This document shows positions 10,362 to 18,604 of a stretch of DNA of 64,000 nt, one piece after another. The stretch's first letter is position 1. Each line of letters opens with the position of its first letter. Under the pieces are notes generated by a model. That model saw nothing but the letters and a program-made list of their open reading frames with translations, ran no database searches and was not told the origin of the DNA. This DNA comes from Nostoc sp. (lineage in GTDB: Bacteria; Cyanobacteriota; Cyanobacteriia; Cyanobacteriales; Nostocaceae): NCBI RefSeq assembly GCF_036917535.1, contig NZ_JBALDA010000031.1:1242-65241 (forward strand). Reading direction: 5' to 3'. The position numbers and the translations under genes are program-made.

Positions 10362-10700
10362 TTACCCGACAGCAAACTCTGTATACTGCCGTACATGAGG
10401 TGCATGATATGCTATCACAATATCTTGCTTAGGCACTCCCTCCCTCACAAGTTGATCTGCGCTCGCATCCTCCATTCCGTCATGCTGCACCCAAATTTTC
10501 CCATTCTTGATATCTATATGCAGCATACAGCCATAAATCCGGGTACTACTATCCTTCCATCCCACATGCACAAGCTGATAGTGGTCTTTTGTAGTATCAA
10601 AAATAGTTTGACTTTCTATTGGATCGCTTTCAGAACGCAACTTTGCTCGCGCTGTCAATAATCTCTGAATTAGTTCACGATATAATATTAGCTTATCCAT
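10362..10700 (-). CDS. xisI: XisI family protein
   Basis: MDKL..Y start; FD...DHYQLVHVGW, HIDIKNGKIWVQHDG and GVPKQDIVIAYH motifs. Confidence 0.9.
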   Translation of the reverse strand: MDKLILYRELIQRLLTARAKLRSESDPIESQTIFDTTKDHYQLVHVGWKDSSTRIYGCMLHIDIKNGKIWVQHDGMEDASADQLVREGVPKQDIVIAYHAPHVRQYTEFAVG

Positions 10701-11104
10701 TCTGCAATCTCCTGTTTTTCTGTGTCATACAACAAAGGGGGAATTTTGTTACGGACAATGACCGTTTGAATAAATAGATATCTGAAAAATCGCTTATAAA
10801 CGTCGAGCGGAACTGCCAAATACAACCGCCGCTCTGGATCATCATCTTCCAAAGCTATGCGGTAGTTAATAAATTGTCCAATAGCAGTATGGAACTCAGA
10901 AATCGTTGAGGGTGCCAAAAACGTTTTGATTTCAACTGCAATCTTTTCCTCATCCTTTATCGCTGCTAGCAACAGTTCTGCACCCAAGTCGATGTAAAAA
11001 TCAACAAACTCTAAATCAATGTGGTACGGATCATGAGTAATTATCCACCCTTCCTTCTCAAGGGCACTTCTAACCAGTTCATGAAACGTATCTCTTGCAG
11101 ACAT
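10688..11104 (-). CDS. xisH: XisH family protein
   Basis: MSARDTFHELVRSALEKEGW, YIDLGAE, IAVEIKTF, GQFINYR and LYLAVP motifs; overlaps xisI by 13 bp. Confidence 0.9.
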   Translation of the reverse strand: MSARDTFHELVRSALEKEGWIITHDPYHIDLEFVDFYIDLGAELLLAAIKDEEKIAVEIKTFLAPSTISEFHTAIGQFINYRIALEDDDPERRLYLAVPLDVYKRFFRYLFIQTVIVRNKIPPLLYDTEKQEIAEWIS

Positions 11105-11356
11105 CGTAGACAGCTAACCATAAAGATAAAGTCTTTGCCTAAATTCTATCGTGCATCCCACTAAAGCAGTAGCAGGCATACATACGTTCGGCTTTGTATA
11201 ACCTGAAGGGTATCGCGCAGTCGTTTTTTAGAAAAAAGAATTATATAGACGGCAGTATTATATCACCTCACAACCAAATCTGTGAGAAAATAATATTGTT
11301 ATCTTATAGCCAGTGCAATGCCAACGGTGGGCTACGATTTATGATTTCTACTAATT

Positions 11357-11959
11357 ATGCCTTATAGTCAGTTTACAACTATCAGTAAAGTTAAAGAAGC
11401 CTTCGGGTTAAAAACACAGGAGGGTGGGCGATTCATTCCTGCCACCGAACCCATTGAAGCATCTGCAACACTGACGGCATATCTTGAAGAAAGTCTGCCA
11501 CTAGCTTCTTCGTCAAGTGAAAAAGCTCGTTCTGAAGGAATAATTTACCCTGTATTATTAGAAGTTAGACGAATATTAAATCGCCAAATTAGCTTATTCT
11601 CAGGAGAAGATTTTACAGTCGATGAGGCAGTTGGACTGAATGGAATGTGTGATTTTCTTCTGAGTCGTTCGCCGGAAGTACTAGAAATTGAAGCGCCTGC
11701 AATTGTGATTGTGGAAGCAAAAAAAGCAGATTTAAGAACTGGATTTGGACAATGTATTGCAGAAATGGTTGCAGCACAAAAATTTAATGCTGCCAAAAAT
11801 CGTCCAGTTGCCGTAATCTATGGTTCTATTAGCAGTGGTACGCAATGGCGATTCCTGAAGTTGGAGGATAATCTTGTCACTATCGACTTGATCGATTATC
11901 CTCTTCCACCTGTAGAACAAATTCTCGGATTTTTTGTTTGGATGGTTAAAAACAGTTGA
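11357..11959 (+). CDS. Cyanobacterial PD-(D/E)XK-like hypothetical protein
   Basis: SEKARSE, G.CDFLLS, VEAKK, GQCIAEMVAAQ and ISSGTQWRFL motifs. Confidence 0.75.
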   Translation: MPYSQFTTISKVKEAFGLKTQEGGRFIPATEPIEASATLTAYLEESLPLASSSSEKARSEGIIYPVLLEVRRILNRQISLFSGEDFTVDEAVGLNGMCDFLLSRSPEVLEIEAPAIVIVEAKKADLRTGFGQCIAEMVAAQKFNAAKNRPVAVIYGSISSGTQWRFLKLEDNLVTIDLIDYPLPPVEQILGFFVWMVKNS

Positions 11960-12082
11960 TAGATGCGTTGCCTTTGGCGTAGCTCGCCGCAGGCATCGCA
12001 TTGCAGTATGATATTACCTCACAAACAAATCTGTGACAAAATAATATTGTTGTTTTATAGCCAATGCGATCGCCTAAGACCT

Positions 12083-12652
12083 ATGATTTCTACCATCTCG
12101 CGCCGCTACAGCTTGGATGAATATCGTGCGATCGAAGAAAAAGCCGAAGGACGCAGCGAATATCGAGATGGAGAAATTGTACCCATGCCTGGAGGAACCC
12201 TTAAACACAGCCGCATCGGTGGAAACATTTTTGCCTTTCTCAAGTTTCTGCTGCGCGATACTCAATTCGAGCCAATTAACAGCGATTTACGGCTGTGGAT
12301 TCCTGAACATCGACGCGGAGTATATCCAGATGTAATGGTTTTTGACGGCGAACCGCAACTAAATGCTGAACGTTTAGATGAAGTCTTGAATCCAACACTG
12401 ATTGTTGAAGTTTTATCTCCTTCCACCGCAGATTACGACCGACTGAGTAAATTTCGGATGTATCGCTCAATTGCAAGTTTTAGCGAATATTTATTAGTCG
12501 AGCAGGATGAACCTTTTGTGGAACGCTATAGTAAACAAGCTCAAGGTTGGTTGCTCAGTGATTTTAGCGGCTTAGAGTTATCTATTTCTTTGGATTCAGT
12601 TAGTATTGAATTGCCGATGGCGGAAATTTATCGCGGCATTGTTTTTGAGTAA
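12083..12652 (+). CDS. Uma2 family endonuclease (start at ATG 12083; the longer ORF runs through a repeat)
   Basis: SEYRDGEIVPMPGG, HSRI, YPDVMV, IVEVLSPST and EYLLVEQ motifs. Confidence 0.9.
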   Translation: MISTISRRYSLDEYRAIEEKAEGRSEYRDGEIVPMPGGTLKHSRIGGNIFAFLKFLLRDTQFEPINSDLRLWIPEHRRGVYPDVMVFDGEPQLNAERLDEVLNPTLIVEVLSPSTADYDRLSKFRMYRSIASFSEYLLVEQDEPFVERYSKQAQGWLLSDFSGLELSISLDSVSIELPMAEIYRGIVFE

Positions 12653-12812
12653 ATGAGTTTTGGTTGAATGTATTGTGCTTCGTAACAATGTATGCTTTGG
12701 AAGGGGTGCGATCACCCTTCTGATTTCAGTAGTTGAGCAAATTTATGTGCGGCAGCTTGGGAATTAAGCGGCAATCAAATATGATATCTTAAGGATGCGA
12801 TCATCATACTTA

Positions 12813-13427
12813 TTAGCTCATTTCATCTTCTAAAATATTTGATCGGGTCATCTTTAATCCCATTACCTCACGAGTATATTGCTGTCCCCATTCAGGACAC
12901 TTTAATTTCGGAGGTTTTCCGCTTAGTGTTTCCTCTACTTTTGCAAATATACAAGCGAGAGTTGCAGGGTTCATTCGACCTTCACCAAAGTGAATAGTTG
13001 CATTTTGCATCTCCTTCCAAAATAATTCCTTTAGTTGGTCTGCTTGTGATTCATTTAGTCCAATACCTATAAATGGTCGCCGTCCAAACATTTGCTCAAA
13101 CTCAAAGTAGCCACGAATTGACCAATATGAGTCATAGAAGGGTACACAAGTTGCACGAAGCCATATCCACATAAAATGTGGGTCAGCAACATTAGGAGCT
13201 TCTCGGTGACAACGACGGCACAGTAAAACGAGATTGGATGGAGTATCCAAACCTCCAAGGGAATCAGGAACTATGTGACATCGCTCAAGGCGTGACTGAT
13301 ATCCACAACGCCAACACCGCTTATAAGCATCTGACCAATCAATAGCAAGACCACTCTCGTCTTCGTGCCTTGCCCAATAGCGGACAATATCTTGCTGGGA
13401 AGTTTCAATAGGTTTTCGTTTTTTCAT
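12813..13427 (-). CDS. HNH endonuclease family protein
   Basis: CWRCG...ERCHIVP...GG...NLVLLCRRCH. Confidence 0.85.
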   Translation of the reverse strand: MKKRKPIETSQQDIVRYWARHEDESGLAIDWSDAYKRCWRCGYQSRLERCHIVPDSLGGLDTPSNLVLLCRRCHREAPNVADPHFMWIWLRATCVPFYDSYWSIRGYFEFEQMFGRRPFIGIGLNESQADQLKELFWKEMQNATIHFGEGRMNPATLACIFAKVEETLSGKPPKLKCPEWGQQYTREVMGLKMTRSNILEDEMS

Positions 13428-13784
13428 TTAACTAAAATTTGTTAAGTTTAACAGTAAAGTTAATAGTTATTTTGTACTATTTCAGATAATATGGCACATA
13501 CTCATCTATATAATTAACAGAACTAAATACTTTCTGTAATTTCAACGACTTGAAAATTTTTCTGTAAATCATGTTTGAACTGATTGCATGTTATTGTTGC
13601 ATCTGTAATGCTAATACTTCCACTACGCGAGCGCCTGGTAATTGCCGCTATAATCTTTACACTAGTTATTGCAGCAATAAATACCTAACTATTGAAAGCC
13701 AGATCAAATAGCCCTAAAACCCAAGCTGATCCAGTTTCGTTTCTATAGCCCTACTTTTTTAATTTAGATTTCTATCCAAAATAG

Positions 13785-14183
13785 CTATTCCCAGTCTTCA
13801 TACCTTAAGCCATCAATACGACTAAATTCACGGGTATTGTGGGTGACAAGGGTGAGGTTGTTTGCTAAGGCGATCGCAGCAATTAACAAATCATTTGCTC
13901 CAATTGGAGTCCCCAAAGCATTCAGACGAGCGCGAATATTTCCAGCTATTTTTGCAGCTTGACGATCCAATGGTAAATCAGCAAACTCAGCAAATAAATT
14001 TTCTATATGAGTGAGATTTCTATTAACGTTCGTGCTTTTGTAAGCTCCGTAATATAGTTCGCTATAAACAACCGTACAGATGTAAATTTCCCTAGAAGGA
14101 ATTAATAAAGTTTTTTGAGTAACAGGTGAACTTGGTGAATTTAGAATTTGGATACACGCATTTGTATCTAAGAGGTAGGCCAT
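13785..14183 (-). CDS. vapC: VapC family PIN-domain toxin
   Basis: LLDTNACI, ELYYG, PIGANDLLIAAIA and VTHNTREF motifs. Confidence 0.92.
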   Translation of the reverse strand: MAYLLDTNACIQILNSPSSPVTQKTLLIPSREIYICTVVYSELYYGAYKSTNVNRNLTHIENLFAEFADLPLDRQAAKIAGNIRARLNALGTPIGANDLLIAAIALANNLTLVTHNTREFSRIDGLRYEDWE

Positions 14184-14443
14184 TGAATCTCCTCCCGTTC
14201 TTCAAAAGGAAGCTGTTCTGGACGTTCAAGCGGCTCACCTTCCCAACTACCTATTACTTCTTCAACAAATTTCCGAGAGTATCCTAGTTCTTCCGGCATT
14301 TTGGTTGGAGACTGTGAAGATTTTGGCATAAGAGGTTGAAAGACAATCACTACATCTAATTCTTGATTGGCAACTTCAGGCGGAAGCTGGATTTGCAGAA
14401 TTCCATCATCACCAATATATGTTCTAATTTTAATGCTATCCAT
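14168..14443 (-). CDS. Probable VapB-type antitoxin
   Basis: Small acidic protein overlapping the vapC start; IGDDGILQIQLP and GSWEGEPLERPEQ. Confidence 0.7.
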   Translation of the reverse strand: MDSIKIRTYIGDDGILQIQLPPEVANQELDVVIVFQPLMPKSSQSPTKMPEELGYSRKFVEEVIGSWEGEPLERPEQLPFEEREEIQWPTS

Positions 14444-14486
14444 AACTGACCTCCAAGTTGATTATATTATCAGTATTTGGGCAAGT

Positions 14487-15788
14487 TTAACTTTGTGTAT
14501 AAACCATTTCCATTTTCAACTTTTCAATCTCCAACTTTAACTTATCATTCTCTATCCTCAATTTAGCATTCTCCTCCCTAATCAACTCAACTTCATTTCT
14601 CTTACTCAACGCCTGATTAATCGCCAACTTCCGCATGTCCAGCGAAAACCAACGCTGATAAGTTTGTGTGTGAACTTGCACACTATGCCCCAAATTATCC
14701 GCCGCCGCTTTAATTGGTATTCCTAGAATATGCGCCCGAATTGCCCAAGCATGACGTAAATCATAGGGTTTAAAATCCAATCCTATCTTGCGAAACCACC
14801 AACTAACTCGCTGTGTTAACGCTGTTATCTCAGCATGATTGGTGTTATCTTTTTTAGCGATCGCACTTCTCAACATCTCTAAATATTTAGGATTTCTCAA
14901 ATCAAACTCCTCAATCCATTGCCGATATAATGGTAGTGCTTGTCTCTCACCAGTCTTGCAATCCTGATGAACTTTCCATGTCAAATCTGTATTTTCTTGA
15001 CTTAACCACCAATCAATATCAGGATTAATAAACAGTTCCCTTGGACGTAAACCAAAAACGGCTAACATTCCATACGTCCAGCGCCAAAGTTGCCAGCTAT
15101 CTTGAACATTTTGATTAACTTGATTACCTCTACTATTAAGATGATCTTCAAACTTAATAATCCCTTCAGATATCTCCGTATCAGTCGGTATATTTCGGTA
15201 ACTATTCTCAGGCGTTTTGGAATATTTAGATAAATCGATTTCAATTTTGAATGTCAAGCAAAATGCAGCAATTGCTCTAGCTGCATTATACTTAGCCCAT
15301 TCTTTATCGATTCGTTCTATGGAACTTATCAAGTTCTCAGCATTAGCTAAATCTTGAGGATTTGTAAATCTTTTGGTTCGGGAAAAATAATAAAAAAAAG
15401 TATGCTCGCTTTTAGTTGTACGTTTATGAGTTTTAAAATACTCAGTTTCAAATTCTTTGAGTAATTCTCCTATTGTTTGAAATTCTTTTCTAATTGTTTC
15501 ATTTCCGAAATATTTATCATTCCATTCAAAAGTTTTACGAGCAATTAACTTTCCTAATTCATAGGCTTCTTCCTCAGCCGTCTTGAGTCCATCCAAATTA
15601 GCGGGAATACTCAAACTGAGATTGTATTGCTTTCTCCCAGTACCATTGCTATCTTTGTCTCCCGGTTTAATTGGTAACGTCGCCCGTAATTGCAGACTTC
15701 CATTCGATTCTCTAATTGTCACCTTTGCCTTTGCAGACTTCAAACGCAGATTAACCTTTTCTAATTCCAGTAGTACTTTCGTTTTCAT
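14487..15788 (-). CDS. xisA: Tyrosine site-specific recombinase, nifD element excisase
   Basis: GLRPRE (catalytic R), YDLRHAWAIR, LGHS and TYQRW motifs; N-terminus closely matches XisA as I recall it; position next to the nifD site. Confidence 0.95.
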   Translation of the reverse strand: MKTKVLLELEKVNLRLKSAKAKVTIRESNGSLQLRATLPIKPGDKDSNGTGRKQYNLSLSIPANLDGLKTAEEEAYELGKLIARKTFEWNDKYFGNETIRKEFQTIGELLKEFETEYFKTHKRTTKSEHTFFYYFSRTKRFTNPQDLANAENLISSIERIDKEWAKYNAARAIAAFCLTFKIEIDLSKYSKTPENSYRNIPTDTEISEGIIKFEDHLNSRGNQVNQNVQDSWQLWRWTYGMLAVFGLRPRELFINPDIDWWLSQENTDLTWKVHQDCKTGERQALPLYRQWIEEFDLRNPKYLEMLRSAIAKKDNTNHAEITALTQRVSWWFRKIGLDFKPYDLRHAWAIRAHILGIPIKAAADNLGHSVQVHTQTYQRWFSLDMRKLAINQALSKRNEVELIREENAKLRIENDKLKLEIEKLKMEMVYTQS

Positions 15789-15923
15789 CGTGCGTTCTTT
15801 GTTGCGGTGATTGCAGAGATGAACATAAACATCGGCTCAGAACAATATTTAGATGATGCGTGAGTCCTGAACCTGATTATGCATCGCTGTGTTTTTAGCC
15901 TATATTTAGCCTCAAAATAAATG

Positions 15924-15970
15924 TGTTATCGGCGAACAATGTTTATCTCTGACACTGTTTACTGCAAACA
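15924..15970. promoter_or_regulatory. Three phased TGT-N9-ACA boxes upstream of xisA (NtcA/VF1-type sites)
   Basis: tgttatcggcgaaca (15924), tgtttatctctgaca (15940) and tgtttactgcaaaca (15956), with an exact 16-bp period. Confidence 0.7.
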
Positions 15971-16002
15971 TTAGGCTGTTGAAAAGAATTAAACCACAAA
16001 AA

Positions 16003-16013
16003 GGATTACTCCG
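16003..16013 (+). other. 11-bp nifD element recombination site
   Basis: Exact GGATTACTCCG, the known XisA site, lying in nifD codons (W)DYSG. Confidence 0.93.
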
Positions 16014-16162
16014 GCCCTTATCACGGTTATGACGGCTTTGCCATTTTCGCTCGTGATATGGACTTGGCACTCAATAGCCCAACTTGGGGATTAATTGGCG
16101 CTCCTTGGAATGAAAAAGCTCAGGCTAAGAAGGCTGAAGCTAAGGTTAAGGCTGCCGTCTAG
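16004..16162 (+). CDS. nifD: 3' fragment of nitrogenase MoFe protein alpha chain, rejoined on excision
   Basis: [35 protein letters not shown]...stop; absent from the ORF track because it has no own start. Confidence 0.93.
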   Translation, partial: DYSGPYHGYDGFAIFARDMDLALNSPTWGLIGAPWNEKAQAKKAEAKVKAAV

Positions 16163-16408
16163 GGAAATGAGAAAGCGATAAGTAAGGATAACCTGGGGCT
16201 AAAACCCCAGGGGGGAGTTGGGAATCCAAAATTCAAAACTGAAAAATTAAAATTTCTTTTGATTTTTGCATTTTGAATTTTGAATCATATTCCCATCTCC
16301 CTAGTAGAGACGCGATTAATCACGTCTGTACCGGATTAATCGTGTCTCTTTTGCCTCAAATCCTTATTCCTTAATTAGTAAAGAATTCAGTAAGCTTGGA
16401 GATCCAAA

Positions 16409-17944
16409 ATGCCTCAGAATCCAGAAAAAATTCAAGACCACGTAGAGTTATTCCACCAACCGGAGTACAAACAGCTATTTGAAAACAAAAAGCAGTTTGA
16501 AAATGGTCACGACCCCGAAGAAGTACAACGGGTTGCAGAGTGGACAAAGGGTTGGGATTATCGTGAAAAGAACTTCGCCCGTGAAGCTTTAACTGTTAAC
16601 CCTGCAAAAGGTTGTCAACCATTAGGAGCAATCTTTGCTGCTGTTGGTTTTGAAGGTACTCTACCTTTTGTTCAAGGTTCTCAAGGTTGCGTTGCTTACT
16701 TCCGCACCCACTTAACCCGTCACTACAAAGAACCATTTTCTGGTGTATCTTCTTCAATGACTGAAGATGCAGCCGTGTTTGGTGGTCTGCAAAACATGAT
16801 TGACGGCTTAGCGAACTCTTACCAACTCTACAAGCCTAAGATGATTGCTGTCTGCACCACCTGTATGGCAGAAGTAATTGGTGATGACTTACAAGCCTTC
16901 ATCAACAACGCTAAGAGTGCAGGTTCAGTTCCTCAAGATTTCCCAGTACCTTACGCTCACACCCCTAGCTTTGTTGGTTCTCACATCACTGGTTACGACA
17001 ACATGATGAAGGGAATTCTTTCTAACTTGACCGCAGGTCATAAGAAAGAAACCAGCAATGGTAAAATCAACTTCATTCCAGGTTTTGACACCTACGTAGG
17101 CAACAACCGCGAAATCAAGCGGATTGCTTCCTTGTTCGGCTTTGACTACACACTTCTAGCTGACAACAGCGACTACCTGGATTCACCAAATACAGGTGAG
17201 TTCGATATGTATCCAACTGCAACAAAGCTAGAAGATGCAGCAGATTCAATTAATGCTAAAGCTACAATTACTCTGCAAGCACACTCCACCGTCAAAACCC
17301 GCGAGTACATTGAAAAAGAGTGGAAGCAACCAACCTCAGTTTCTCGTCCTTGGGGTATCAAGGGTACTGATGAGTTCTTGATGAAACTCAGCGAACTGAG
17401 TGGTATACCCATTCCCGAAGAATTGGAAGTTGAACGCGGTCGGGCAGTTGATGCCATGACTGACTCTCACGCATGGATTCACGGCAAGCGCTTCGCTATC
17501 TACGGCGAACCAGATTTAGTATACAGCGTAGTGGGCTTTATGCTAGAAATGGGTGCTGAACCTGTGCATATCTTGGTTCACAACAGCAACGAAGTATTTG
17601 AAGCAGAAATCAAAGAACTGCTTGCTTCTAGCCCCTTCGGTCAAAATGCAACTATTTGGCCCGGTAAAGACTTGTGGCACATGCGTTCTCTGCTGTTCAC
17701 CGAACCCGTAGACTTCCTTGTTGGTAACACCTACGGTAAGTACCTGTGGCGTGACACCAAGATTCCCCTAGTGAGAATCGGCTACCCCATCATGGATCGT
17801 CACCACTTACACCGCTACGCCACCATTGGTTATCAAGGCGTGATCAACTTGCTCAACTGGACTGTAAATACCCTGTTTGAAGAAATCGATCGCAACACCA
17901 ACATTCCTTCTAAGACAGATATTTCCTACGACTTGATTCGTTAG
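16409..17944 (+). CDS. nifK: Nitrogenase MoFe protein beta chain
   Basis: NPAKGCQPLGA, GSQGCVAYFR and TTCMAEVIGDD motifs. Confidence 0.98.
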   Translation: MPQNPEKIQDHVELFHQPEYKQLFENKKQFENGHDPEEVQRVAEWTKGWDYREKNFAREALTVNPAKGCQPLGAIFAAVGFEGTLPFVQGSQGCVAYFRTHLTRHYKEPFSGVSSSMTEDAAVFGGLQNMIDGLANSYQLYKPKMIAVCTTCMAEVIGDDLQAFINNAKSAGSVPQDFPVPYAHTPSFVGSHITGYDNMMKGILSNLTAGHKKETSNGKINFIPGFDTYVGNNREIKRIASLFGFDYTLLADNSDYLDSPNTGEFDMYPTATKLEDAADSINAKATITLQAHSTVKTREYIEKEWKQPTSVSRPWGIKGTDEFLMKLSELSGIPIPEELEVERGRAVDAMTDSHAWIHGKRFAIYGEPDLVYSVVGFMLEMGAEPVHILVHNSNEVFEAEIKELLASSPFGQNATIWPGKDLWHMRSLLFTEPVDFLVGNTYGKYLWRDTKIPLVRIGYPIMDRHHLHRYATIGYQGVINLLNWTVNTLFEEIDRNTNIPSKTDISYDLIR

Positions 17945-18062
17945 AAATTGCGTAGAAACACAACGTGTTAATTAAGGGTAGGAAATAATTCTTAATTCGT
18001 AATTCGTAATTATGAATTATTTCCTCCTTTTTATTTCTTGCATTTACCTAAGGTATATATAG

Positions 18063-18410
18063 ATGGAAACCATCAATCACACTTACGAACATACTCACAC
18101 TCATCCTCATCCTAATTACCATCCACCTAACCAGAAAAAACGAGGATGGTTCAACAATCTTCTTAATCCGTTGCGCCGTGTGGTGGATGGAATTCAGGTT
18201 AAAAATAATCGCATCGCTCATCTAATTTGCCAAACAATTCCTTGTTGTTGTCCCTTTGAGCGACAAATTAAATTATTTGGACGGTCTATTAATATCCCAG
18301 CACTATGTAAACTCAATCCTTTATATGACGAATTTGTAGGATTGCGTTTCCGTGCTCTATCTTACCTCACAGATGTATGTGGAGAGGATGTCACAAAATA
18401 CATTTGTTAG
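18063..18410 (+). CDS. Mo-dependent nitrogenase C-terminal domain family protein
   Basis: IPCCCPFER and CKLNPLYDEFVGLRFRALSYL motifs. Confidence 0.8.
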   Translation: METINHTYEHTHTHPHPNYHPPNQKKRGWFNNLLNPLRRVVDGIQVKNNRIAHLICQTIPCCCPFERQIKLFGRSINIPALCKLNPLYDEFVGLRFRALSYLTDVCGEDVTKYIC

Positions 18411-18427
18411 TCATTAGTCATTGGTCA

Positions 18428-18545
18428 GTAGAGACGCGACGCCAGTCGCTACAACGGGGAGCCACTGCGGTCTTGGGGTTTCCCCAAGTGGAGCAAGTGG
18501 CGTGGGAACCCCCGCAACGCGCTGGCTCATTAATCGCGTCTGTAC
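18428..18545. repeat. Three-layer nested small dispersed repeats
   Basis: Palindrome gtagagacgcg|attaatcgcgtctgtac is split by a second element, which is itself split by a third. Confidence 0.8.
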
Positions 18546-18604
18546 AATGGTCATTAGTTATTCAAAGGACAAAGGACAATTAGCAATTCAGTACAAGAAG
18601 AGAG

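Larger units (their letters stand above)
1..16013. mobile_element. nifD excision element (right part; left end lies outside the window)
   Basis: xisA at 14487-15788; the nifD recombination site GGATTACTCCG at 16003-16013 is followed in frame by the nifD 3' end; there is no nifH or 5' nifD ORF in 1-16000. Confidence 0.9.

Noticed and set aside
11963-12082. 40-aa N-terminal extension of Uma2
   Set aside because: It is encoded by a small repeat plus the duplicated promoter module; ATG 12083 is the natural start
13500-13750. Possible remnant of a type I R-M gene end (minus-strand PGARVVEVLALQMQQ)
   Set aside because: Too short and too broken to support from memory alone; would need TBLASTN
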